Assembly (NCBI RefSeq): GCF_039969435.1
Contig: NZ_JBDVNU010000038.1
Location: forward strand, 86,071-150,070
Reading direction: 5' to 3'
DNA: 64,000 nt
Source of the DNA: Ilumatobacter sp.
GTDB lineage: Bacteria > Actinomycetota > Acidimicrobiia > Acidimicrobiales > Ilumatobacteraceae
Shown here: one piece after another, positions 27,117-36,100 of the stretch
Layout of the letters: every line of letters begins with the position of its first letter
Numbering within the stretch: the first letter of the stretch is position 1
Notes under the pieces: generated by a model
The model's input: only the letters and a program-made list of their open reading frames with translations
Databases searched by the model: none
What the model was told of the DNA's origin: nothing
Made by a program: the position numbers and the translations under genes

Positions 27117-30086
27117 GTGACATCGTCGTGGAGGCCGACAGGGTTCTCGTTCGCCCTGCGACTGCTCGCGCTCCTGCTCCCACCTCTCCTCGGCGTCGGA
27201 GTCCTGGCATTCCAGCGGATCGAGACCGAGCAGACCGCGTCCGCCAACGCCCGTCGAGTCGTCGACGAGGCTCGACTCCAACAGGACGTGGCTGCGGTGT
27301 ACGGACCGGCCCAGCTCGAACAGGTTGCGCTCGAGGGGTTGGCGGCGGTCGACGCCCTCGGTGTCGACCGCGAGATCGTCGTCTCGGTCACCGGTGTCGA
27401 CTTCGGGCAGGTGTACGGCGACAACGGGGCGCTCCTCGACGCCCGCCTGGACGACCTGATCGAACGACACGGCTCCGTGGCGGTCGCCGGCTCCACGCTC
27501 GCCATCCGACTCACGTTCATCCGCGGCGCGATCGCCACGCAGCGCCGGTTGTCCGGGGAGTTCCGCGCGACAGAACGCGATGTGCGCCTCGTGTTCGAGG
27601 ACCTCAACCGACTCCTGGCCGACGCCCTCGACACCAGGAACCCCACGGCGTCCCCGTCGGCCACACCGCGCATTCTCGTCGCCGACCAGATGCGACTCGC
27701 CGCACTGAGCGACGTGCTGTCGGCGGCCGGTGGTCGGGGCACGGCTCTCCTCGACGGTCTCCTCAACCGGACCGAGCTGACGATCGGCGCCATCGAACAG
27801 GCGTCGGGCCGTCTCGACTACGCGATCGAGAGATACGAATCGCTGATCGGCACCGACGCCGGGTTCGCTGCCGTCCTCGCTGGCCTCGAACCGGTCCCCG
27901 ACGAACTGCTGTTGCGTTCGCTCACCGAGTCGGACGCCGACGTGTACGACCCCGTGTACATCCAGACCTCTGCCGGGGCTCTGCTCAACCAACTGGAATT
28001 CCTGGGGTCGATCGAGGCGTACTCGGCCCGTGTCCACGAAACAGTGGTCGACGGTCTCGATGCCGACGCCGTGGCCGCGAACTCCGCGGTGTCCAACACC
28101 CGTCTGTTCGCCGGCGCCATCGCGATCGTCAGCCTCGCCACCCTGCTCCTCCTGGCCTGGTCGACGTTGCGACCGCTGCGACGCCTCACGAATCGTGCTC
28201 GCGACATCAGCGACGGGTCGTTCGACGTCGAGCCGCTCCCCGAACGCGGTCCCCGTGACGTGCGGTTCCTGACCACGACGATGAACTCGATGGCCACGAC
28301 GCTGCGGATGGTGGATCGCGAGATCGCCGATCTCGCATCGGACTCACCCGGCGAACACGACCGCAACCTCCCCGGCGCCATCGGCATCTCGATCACCCGC
28401 TCGTTCGATCGGCTCGAAGAGGTGTCCGCTCGTCTCCAGGAGAGCGAGCAACTGGCATCGGCCATCGTCGAGCACGCCGCCGACGCGATCTGGACGATCG
28501 ACGCCCACGGGCTGATCACTTCGGCCAACGGCGCCTCGGTGGGTCTGACCGGCGTGTCTGCCACTCGACAACTCGGTGAACCGCTCGAGCGATACCTCCC
28601 GAGCACTGCGGGTGAGGTCGACATCCGCAGCGAATCGGGCGAAACCCTGAGGGTCCTCGTGGCGAGCAGCGAGATCACCAGCGGTGATCAGGCGCTGACG
28701 ACCGTGATCGCACACGACATCTCCGAGCGCCTGCGGTTCGAGCAGAAGCTCGCCCACCAGGCCAACCACGACGCACTCACGGGTCTCCCGAACCGCTATG
28801 CCGTCCTCGAAGCGCTCGTCGCGACGCCCGTCGGCGACTCGGTGTCGGTCCTCTTCCTGGACCTCGACGGCTTCAAGTCCGTGAACGACACACGCGGGCA
28901 CCTCGCCGGCGACCGTGTGCTGGCCGACGTCAGCCGCCGCCTCTCGAGCAATGTGCGGCCGGGTGACTTCGTCGGACGACTCGGCGGAGACGAGTTCGTC
29001 GTGATCATGCGCCACGTCGAGGACGGCGACGACGCGATCTCGTTCGCCCACCGCCTGATCCGCGAGATCGAGCAGCCGTACCACGACGGGCAAAACCTGT
29101 TCGCCCTCTCGGCAAGCGTCGGGATCGCCGTCTTCCCCCACGGCATCGCTGCCGAGGGATGCGACGCGCTCGGTGCCATCCGACGCGCCGACTCCGCCGT
29201 CTACGCGGCCAAGGGCAAGGGGCGGGGTCGTGTCGAGGCGTTCGACGAACGACTCCAGAACCGCATCGTGGACGAAGCAGAGATCGAACTGGCTCTGCGC
29301 AGCGCCGTGCGCAACGACGAACTCGAGATGCACCTCCAGCCGGTCTTCGACGCCGTGCTCGGCCGGTTCACCAGCGCCGAGGCGCTCGTGCGTTGGATCC
29401 GACCCGGCCACGGCATGATGCCTCCCGGCCAGTTCATCCCGATCGCCGAGCGGTCGTCGCTGATCGACGAGATCGGTCGATGGGTCCTGGATCGTGCGTG
29501 TGCGATCCTCGCCCGCTGGGCACAGGACGACGTGCTGCGCGAGTTCAGGATCGCCGTCAACGTGGCCGGATCGCACCTCCTCGACGGGGACCTCGTGGCC
29601 GACCTGGACGCTGCGGTTCGCCGTTCCGGAGCCGACCCGACGCGCCTCGAGTTCGAACTCACCGAGACACAGTTGATGGCCGACCACGAGCGTGCTGCAT
29701 CGATCCTGCGCACGATCCGTCGACGCGGCATCAAGGTCGCGATCGACGACTTCGGCACCGGGTACTCGTCGATGGCATACCTCCGACAACTCCCCATCGA
29801 CACCCTCAAGATCGACCGGAGCTTCATCGCCCCGATCGGCGGCAGCGATGCCGACGGCGACACCACCGTGGTCGACGCACTTCTGACGATCGGCCACGCA
29901 CTGGGGCTGTCGGTGGTCGCTGAAGGTGTCGAGACCACTGCCCAGATGGAGTACGTGACGACACACGGGGCCGACCGTGTCCAGGGTTTCCTGCTCGCCC
30001 GTCCGGCCTCGATCTCCGCCATCGAGACGGTACTGCGTCAGGGGCGAACCGCTGATGCTGAGTCCGCCTCGGCGCATCAGCCATGA
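27117..30086 (+). CDS. Membrane sensor GGDEF-EAL protein (periplasmic sensor-HAMP-PAS-GGDEF-EAL)
   Basis: 989 aa; N-terminal TM, second TM about residue 330, PAS-like region, GGDEF (RLGGDEFVV), EAL (EALVRWIRP..., KVAIDDFGTG, KIDRSF). Confidence 0.85.
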   Translation: MTSSWRPTGFSFALRLLALLLPPLLGVGVLAFQRIETEQTASANARRVVDEARLQQDVAAVYGPAQLEQVALEGLAAVDALGVDREIVVSVTGVDFGQVYGDNGALLDARLDDLIERHGSVAVAGSTLAIRLTFIRGAIATQRRLSGEFRATERDVRLVFEDLNRLLADALDTRNPTASPSATPRILVADQMRLAALSDVLSAAGGRGTALLDGLLNRTELTIGAIEQASGRLDYAIERYESLIGTDAGFAAVLAGLEPVPDELLLRSLTESDADVYDPVYIQTSAGALLNQLEFLGSIEAYSARVHETVVDGLDADAVAANSAVSNTRLFAGAIAIVSLATLLLLAWSTLRPLRRLTNRARDISDGSFDVEPLPERGPRDVRFLTTTMNSMATTLRMVDREIADLASDSPGEHDRNLPGAIGISITRSFDRLEEVSARLQESEQLASAIVEHAADAIWTIDAHGLITSANGASVGLTGVSATRQLGEPLERYLPSTAGEVDIRSESGETLRVLVASSEITSGDQALTTVIAHDISERLRFEQKLAHQANHDALTGLPNRYAVLEALVATPVGDSVSVLFLDLDGFKSVNDTRGHLAGDRVLADVSRRLSSNVRPGDFVGRLGGDEFVVIMRHVEDGDDAISFAHRLIREIEQPYHDGQNLFALSASVGIAVFPHGIAAEGCDALGAIRRADSAVYAAKGKGRGRVEAFDERLQNRIVDEAEIELALRSAVRNDELEMHLQPVFDAVLGRFTSAEALVRWIRPGHGMMPPGQFIPIAERSSLIDEIGRWVLDRACAILARWAQDDVLREFRIAVNVAGSHLLDGDLVADLDAAVRRSGADPTRLEFELTETQLMADHERAASILRTIRRRGIKVAIDDFGTGYSSMAYLRQLPIDTLKIDRSFIAPIGGSDADGDTTVVDALLTIGHALGLSVVAEGVETTAQMEYVTTHGADRVQGFLLARPASISAIETVLRQGRTADAESASAHQP

Positions 30087-30125
30087 CCTGAGACGGCGGG
30101 CGGGCACACCGCCACGAGCTGGGAA

Positions 30126-30150
30126 ATGCTGAGTGTCTCCGACTCAGCAT
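30126..30150 (+). terminator. Stem-loop (9-bp stem, 7-nt loop) followed by a T-rich stretch; terminator after the GGDEF-EAL gene, upstream of the NfeD-like gene
   Basis: atgctgagt gtctccg actcagcat, then ...ggtgttttcgg. Confidence 0.45.
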
Positions 30151-30218
30151 CATGACGGTTCGGTGTTTTCGGATCGGCGTGGCTTCCCAAATCACCGGCA
30201 CTCTGGCATCGTGAGGAC

Positions 30219-30842
30219 ATGAGTGATGTCCTGTCCGCCTCCATCGAACTCCCGACGCTGGTGTTCACCGCGCTGCTCGCCATCGCCGGCTGCATGTGGC
30301 TGCTCTCGCTGATGGGCGCGATCGACATCGAGATCGATGCGGCCGACGGCCTGCTCGACGACGCGCTCGAACCACTCGGCCTGTCCGAGGTCCCCGCCAC
30401 GATCATGCTCACCGTGTTCGCTCTGGCCGGCTGGTTCGTGTCGGTGCTCACGAGCGTCTACGTCCTCGACGGCTGGTTCGGCACCACCGCCGTCCTCGCC
30501 CTGCTGGCCACGGGGATCGGCGCTGCGCTGGTCGCTCTGCTCTTCGTGGCGTGGCTGGCACCTCGACTCGCCGTGGTCTTCGTCACCACCACGGCGCCGT
30601 CGAAGCGCGAGCTCCTCGGTCGGATCGCCGAGGTGCGCTCCGCCACCGTCACCGAGACGACGGGCCGAGGCGAGGCAACGTGGCCGGACGGCACCGTGTC
30701 GACCGTCGACCTGCGCACCACGGCCGGCACCGGCGTGGCCCCGGGCGAACTCAAGCGCGGCGATCTCGCCCTGATCGTGGAGTGGAACGAGGCCACCGAC
30801 GACTTCTTCGTCGGCCGCGTTCCCGCCGAGTTGCTCGACTGA
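30219..30842 (+). CDS. NfeD/YqiJ-like membrane protein (N-terminal TM helices plus C-terminal OB-fold)
   Basis: 3-4 TM helices, then a soluble C-terminal about 80-aa beta-rich domain (GEATWPDGTVSTVDLRT...LALIVEWNEATDDFFVG); sits immediately upstream of a flotillin gene as in yqiJ-yqiK and yuaF-floT operons. Confidence 0.65.
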   Translation: MSDVLSASIELPTLVFTALLAIAGCMWLLSLMGAIDIEIDAADGLLDDALEPLGLSEVPATIMLTVFALAGWFVSVLTSVYVLDGWFGTTAVLALLATGIGAALVALLFVAWLAPRLAVVFVTTTAPSKRELLGRIAEVRSATVTETTGRGEATWPDGTVSTVDLRTTAGTGVAPGELKRGDLALIVEWNEATDDFFVGRVPAELLD

Positions 30843-30848
30843 GGCAGG

Positions 30849-30870
30849 GTGCGGGGAGACATCCCCGCAC
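30849..30870 (+). promoter_or_regulatory. Perfect 9-bp stem / 4-nt loop hairpin between the NfeD-like and flotillin genes (intra-operon attenuator or processing site)
   Basis: gtgcgggga gaca tccccgcac, starting 7 bp after the NfeD-like stop; 120 bp before the flotillin start. Confidence 0.4.
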
Positions 30871-30992
30871 ATCCATCGGTTCGTTTCGACCATGATGTGT
30901 CCGTACATCGTGGTCACCACCAGATGATCGACGCTCACTCCCATCCGGGATCGGCGCTCGACATCGCTTCGAGAAAGAGTCAGTGATTCAAC

Positions 30993-33008
30993 ATGGGAAG
31001 TGCCCTCGCAGCGGCCGGCGTCGTCGTCGTCATCGTGGTCGTCGTCGTCCTCCTCGTCGCCGTGATGGTGTCGAGGCTGTTCCTCAAGGTCCCGCAGGGT
31101 CAGGCGCTGGTCGTGTCGAAGTGGCGGTCGGTCGTGGTCACCTTCACCGGCCAGATCGTCATCCCGGTGATCCACAAGGCCGAGATCATGGACATCTCGG
31201 TCAAGAACATCCAGATCGAGCGGCGCGGCAAGGGCAACGGTCTGATCTGCAAGGACAACATCCGTGCCGACATCTCGGTCGAGTTCTTCGTGAAGGTCGA
31301 TCCCACCGAGGAGGCCGTCAAGAAGGTGGCTCAGGCGATCGGCTGCGAGCGGGCGTCGGACATCCAGACGCTGAACACGCTGTTCGCCGCGAAGTTCTCC
31401 GAGGCACTCAAGACGGTGGGCAAGAAGTTCGAGTTCGAATCGCTCTACACCGACCGTGATTCGTTCCGTGACGAGATCGTCGAGATCATCGGCAAGGACC
31501 TCAACGGATACGTCCTCGAAGACGTCGCCATCGACTACCTCGAGCAGACGCCGCTGGCCGATTTCGACCCCGACAACATCCTCGACGCCGACGGCATTCG
31601 CAAGATCACCGAGCGCACCGCCATCCAGCACATCGAGACCAACAAGGCCGAACAGCACGAGCGCGAGGAGACCACTCGTCGCACCGTCGACGCCGACAAG
31701 GCGGTGTTCGAGATGGAGCGCGATCGTGCCGAGGCCGAGGCACGTCAGCAGCAGGAGATCCGCACCGTCATCGCGCATGCCGACGCCGAGGCGAAACTCG
31801 TGGAGGAGGCGGAACGCAAGCGTTCCGAGGAGGCCCGACTCGGTGCCGAGCAGGGCATCGGTGTCGCGAACGAGAACAAGGAACGCGAGGTCGCCATCGC
31901 GGGCTTGAACCGTGAACGCGTGGTCAAGGTCGAAGCCGAGAACATCGAGCGGGATCGACTGCTCGCGGTCACCGGCCGGGAGACCGCCGTGGCCGAAGCG
32001 AACAAGGAGAAGGAGGAGCGGGCGCGCGAACTCGCCGACGTCGCCCGTGGCCGCGTCGAGGCCGACCTGGGTGTGGCCGAGAAGGAAGAGGCCATCGCGA
32101 CCCTGCGCGTCGTGGAGGACGCCCAGCGCCGGGCGGACGCCGCGATCCGCACCGCCGAAGGTGACGCCCAGGCGTTGTTCGTCGGGACCGTGAAGGAAGC
32201 CGAGGCCTCCCGTCAGGCTGCGACATCCGAAGCCGAGCGGGCCACCATCCTCGCCCGCGCGAACGCCGACGCCGCCCAGCAGGATTCGCTCGCCGCACAA
32301 CGACGTGCCGAAGGCGCCAAGGCCGAGGCCGCAGCCGGCGGTCTCGCCGAGGTGCAGGTCGAGCGCGAGCGCGCCGACGCCGTCCGGGCGCTCGGTCTGG
32401 CCGAGGTCGAGGTCAAGCAGGCCGACGCCGAAGCCGTCCGATCACTCGGCGCCGCCGAAGGCGATGCCACCAAGTCCAGGCTGTCGGGTGAAGGCCAAGG
32501 TCTATCGGCCAAGGCCGAGGGCGTCGGAGCGATGACGGCGGCCGGCCAGGAGCACGAGGAGTTCCGCCTGCGCCTCGAGACCGACAAGGAAGTGGCGCTG
32601 GCCGGCGTCAACGCCAAGGCCGACGTGGCGCGGTCCGCTGCGGCAGCGCTGGGCGAGGCCATGGCGAACGCCGACATGAAGATCGTGTCCGACGAGTCGA
32701 TCGTCGAGCGGATCCTGTCCGCGGCCGGTGCCGGTCAGGCGATCGACGGTTTCGTCGGGAGCAGCGACAGCGCACGGCGCCTGCTCCAGCCCTACTTGGA
32801 AGGCGACTCGAACCTGGTGCAGGACGTCGCCGCCGGAGTCGGCGGCGTGGGTGCCGCAGGCATCCGTGACCTGACGATCGCCGAGTTCGTCGCCCGTCTG
32901 GGTGGTCGCATGGGCGGCGACTCCGCGCTGATCGACCAACTCAAGGCCGCGGTGGAGTCGAGCGGCCTCGCGACCGAGAACGTCGGCAACGTCATCGATG
33001 TCGACTGA
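30993..33008 (+). CDS. Flotillin-family SPFH (band-7) protein, YqiK/FloT-like
   Basis: N-terminal TM; SPFH domain (QALVVSKWRSVVVTFTGQIVIPVIHKAEIMDISVKNIQIERRGKGNGLICKDNIRADISVEFFVKV); long Ala/Glu-rich coiled-coil flotillin region; 671 aa. Confidence 0.85.
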   Translation: MGSALAAAGVVVVIVVVVVLLVAVMVSRLFLKVPQGQALVVSKWRSVVVTFTGQIVIPVIHKAEIMDISVKNIQIERRGKGNGLICKDNIRADISVEFFVKVDPTEEAVKKVAQAIGCERASDIQTLNTLFAAKFSEALKTVGKKFEFESLYTDRDSFRDEIVEIIGKDLNGYVLEDVAIDYLEQTPLADFDPDNILDADGIRKITERTAIQHIETNKAEQHEREETTRRTVDADKAVFEMERDRAEAEARQQQEIRTVIAHADAEAKLVEEAERKRSEEARLGAEQGIGVANENKEREVAIAGLNRERVVKVEAENIERDRLLAVTGRETAVAEANKEKEERARELADVARGRVEADLGVAEKEEAIATLRVVEDAQRRADAAIRTAEGDAQALFVGTVKEAEASRQAATSEAERATILARANADAAQQDSLAAQRRAEGAKAEAAAGGLAEVQVERERADAVRALGLAEVEVKQADAEAVRSLGAAEGDATKSRLSGEGQGLSAKAEGVGAMTAAGQEHEEFRLRLETDKEVALAGVNAKADVARSAAAALGEAMANADMKIVSDESIVERILSAAGAGQAIDGFVGSSDSARRLLQPYLEGDSNLVQDVAAGVGGVGAAGIRDLTIAEFVARLGGRMGGDSALIDQLKAAVESSGLATENVGNVIDVD

Positions 33009-33013
33009 CCCCG

Positions 33014-33106
33014 GGTGTGGGAGGGGTCTGACCCACTCCACACCCGAGGCGCACGACCCCGCTCCGCACCTCGATGGTGTGGAGTGGGTCAGACCCCTCC
33101 CACACC
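33014..33106. repeat. Intergenic element: 31-bp perfect inverted repeat (arms 33014-33044 and 33076-33106) with 31-nt spacer; each arm is itself internally palindromic
   Basis: Arm A ggtgtgggaggggtctgacccactccacacc; arm B is its exact reverse complement. Within each arm ggtgtgg...ccacacc and gggtc.gaccc can pair. Sits between the flotillin stop (33008) and the ATG (33107) of the large gene. Confidence 0.85.
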
Positions 33107-36100
33107 ATGACTGACACCTCCACCACCGAGACACCGCAGGGTGATGCCGCTCCCGAGCAGACGCTGCGGGGCGGGTCCTACGACCTGCTGCGTCGACGAC
33201 TCGCCGGCCAGGCGAGCGAGCTCGAACAGATCGCCCTCGGGATCGACGCGGCCCGCATCGAGGCCTTCGGCTCGGTCGATCTCGCGCTGACCGGTGCGGA
33301 TCGTCTCGCCACCGATCTGGCCTGCCTGCCGCGCGACATCGCTCGGATCGGCGACCTGTTGCTGCTCGGCTTCAACATCGACGTCGAATTGAGCATCCAA
33401 CGACCCGAGCAGGTGTTCGCGTTGTACGCGGCGAGCGAGGTCTCCACCGATCAGCCGACCCTGACCCCCGTCGCCGACGACGATCCGCGCAACTTCCTGG
33501 CCGATCCCGAGTTCCGCAGCGAGTTCGACAAGCTCGTGCGGTTCTTCGGCAAGAGTCGGTTCACCGACCTGCGCACCACCCAGAACCAGCTCTTGGCAGT
33601 GTTCCAGGTCGGCGACCGCGTGGACGACGTCCGCGCGTTCCGATGGACGCTCAGCGGCGACGGTGCGTCACGAACGGCCACGTTCGTCGATGCCCGTGGA
33701 GACCGTGACTACACGTGGCCGCCTGCGCACGACCAGGAATGGACCGCAGCGACTCGAGAGGATCAGCGTGCGGGTGCGTACCCGGTCGTGTCGATCAAGG
33801 ACGAGGTGTTCGTCGGATTCCGCCGCGGCCGACTCCAACTGCGCGTCGAGACGGGGCAGGGCGGCTCGCACGCCGAGATCGACGAACCCGTCACGAACGT
33901 CGGCCAGTCGCTCGCCGACATCTCCGTCGACCACCTGACGATCGGCGACATCCTGCTGATCCGCGTCCGCCTGTACGAGGAGGCGCCGCGGACGTACGTC
34001 TTCTCCCGACGCAGTCGGTCGGGTCAACGCGTCGATGCCGCAGGTGTCGCGTCACGGCTCCTGCCGGGCGGCGAGGGCGTCGTGTTCCCGGGCGGCTTCC
34101 ATCTCACGTCGACCGGCACCCGCGTGTTCGACGTCGACGTCGACGGCCTCCAGTTCGAGGAGACGATCGCCTCACCCAACGGTGAGGACGTCCTGTACGT
34201 GTTCCACCGGCGTGAGACGGGCACCTATCTGCTGATGCCCTACAACCTGGTGAAACGCCAGGTCGCACAGGTCATCACCGCACACGGTTTCGCCACGTTC
34301 GCCGATGGGTCGATGGTCCTGTTCCGCGACCAGGGCGTCGACGCCGATTCGGCGAAGATCCACCCGATCCAGTGGTGGAGAACGCCGTTCGCCGACGCCG
34401 ACCACGTCCCCGATGCGGGTGACGACAACCCGTGGATGCAACGTGTGGGGAACGCCTCGCTCGTGGCAGGCCTCGGCGACGTCTACGACGTGGTGCGACT
34501 CAGCCGTGACGAGCAACCGACCGCCCGGTCGTGGGAAGGACTCGCCTCGGCGACCCGCCGATCGATGGATCAGCACCTCTGGTTCGTCGACCCCGAGGCC
34601 GCAGGTCTCCACGCCGCAGCGCACGAGGTGCTCACCACGGCGGGCCAGTTGCTCGACGAACACAAACTGGTCGAGCGCAAACGCTCCGCTGCGCGCGGCT
34701 CGCTCGCCGCCGCCGAGACATCGGTCCGCCAGGTGCTCAACGGCATCTCGACCGCCTCGACCCCCGACCAGGTGGTGGGCGCACTCGGGCAGTTGCGCCG
34801 GGCACGAGGTGAGATGTCCGTCGTCGCCGACATCGACTCGATCGACACCGGTCGCGTCGAGGAACTCATCGGTGAGCTGGACGCAGGTGTGGCCGAACTG
34901 TCCACGCGCGCCGTCGACGTGTTGTCACGACCCGGTGCATTCGCCTCGCTCGAGTCCGAGATCGCCTCGGCGGAAGCGGGCGTGACGGACGCGACGACAT
35001 CGGCGCACCTGGACGAGATCGGTCGACGGCTCCAGTCGATCGGCAACGACCTCGACGCGGTGATCGACACGGTGTCGGCGCTCGAAGGAGGCGACCCGAC
35101 GGTGCGCACCACGATCGTGCGCAGCGTCTCGGAGGTCGCAGGATCCGCCAACCGGGTCACTGCGCAGCTCGACTCGAAACGACGCAACCTCGGAGCCAAG
35201 GAGGCCGAGGCCGCGTTCGACGCCGAACTCGCACTCGTCGAGCAGACCTTGAACGGCTCGGTCGCCGGTGCCGGCACACCCGACGAGTGCGACTCCGTGC
35301 TCGCCCGACTGCTCGTCACGATCGAACGGTTGGAGTCCCGCTACGGCGACGACCCCGACGCCAGCGCGTCCATCGCCGAGGTGCGCGCCACAGCGCACGA
35401 GGTCGTCGGCGAGCGGCGCACCGCGCTCCTCGACGAACGCAACCGGCGCGCCACCCGCATCGTGGACGCCGCCACCCGACTCCTCGCGACCGTCACCCGT
35501 CGTGCGAGCGAGTTCGCCGACGACAAGGAGATCGCATCGTTCTTCGCGACCGACCAGCTCACCTCCCGGGTGCGTGAACTCGCCGACGAGTTGGAGTCGC
35601 TCGACGACGCCGGTCGCGCTGCCGAGGTGCGCAGTGGCCTCCGCGACGCCGCCGAGGAAGCACGCCGTCGCATCCGCGACAAGGCCGCCCTGGTGTCCGA
35701 CGACGGCGCGGTGGTGCTCGGTGGCGTGCGGCTCGCACAGAACAACCAACCCTTCGAGATGGTTCTGTCCTCGCGCACGGACCCGCAGGGCAACGACACC
35801 GTCGCGGCGACCATCACCGGCACCGACTTCTCGGCCGACGTCAGCGCCGAACTCTCCGGGTTCGAGGATCTGCTCGGTCGCACCTTCCCGTCCGAGACGT
35901 CCGGCGCCCGCGGCGTCTCACGCAGCGAGTACCTGGCGTGGGCGGTCCTCGAGACGATGACCGACCGGCCGGGCGGACTCACCGAACTCCTGGCGGCCAC
36001 CGCGAACCCGGCGAAGATGAACGAGCTGTGTCAGGCCGAGGCCGAACGCCGGCACGGCGACGGCTATCAGCGTGGCGTCCACGACCAGGATGCAGCACGC

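Noticed and set aside
33074-33106. Alternative start MVWSGSDPSHT for the large gene, and the mirror peptide MWSGSDPSHTRGQ on the minus strand (32792-33043)
   Set aside because: Both derive from the two arms of the 31-bp inverted repeat; identical peptides on opposite strands are a symmetry artefact. ATG 33107 (MTDTSTTE) is the more plausible start.
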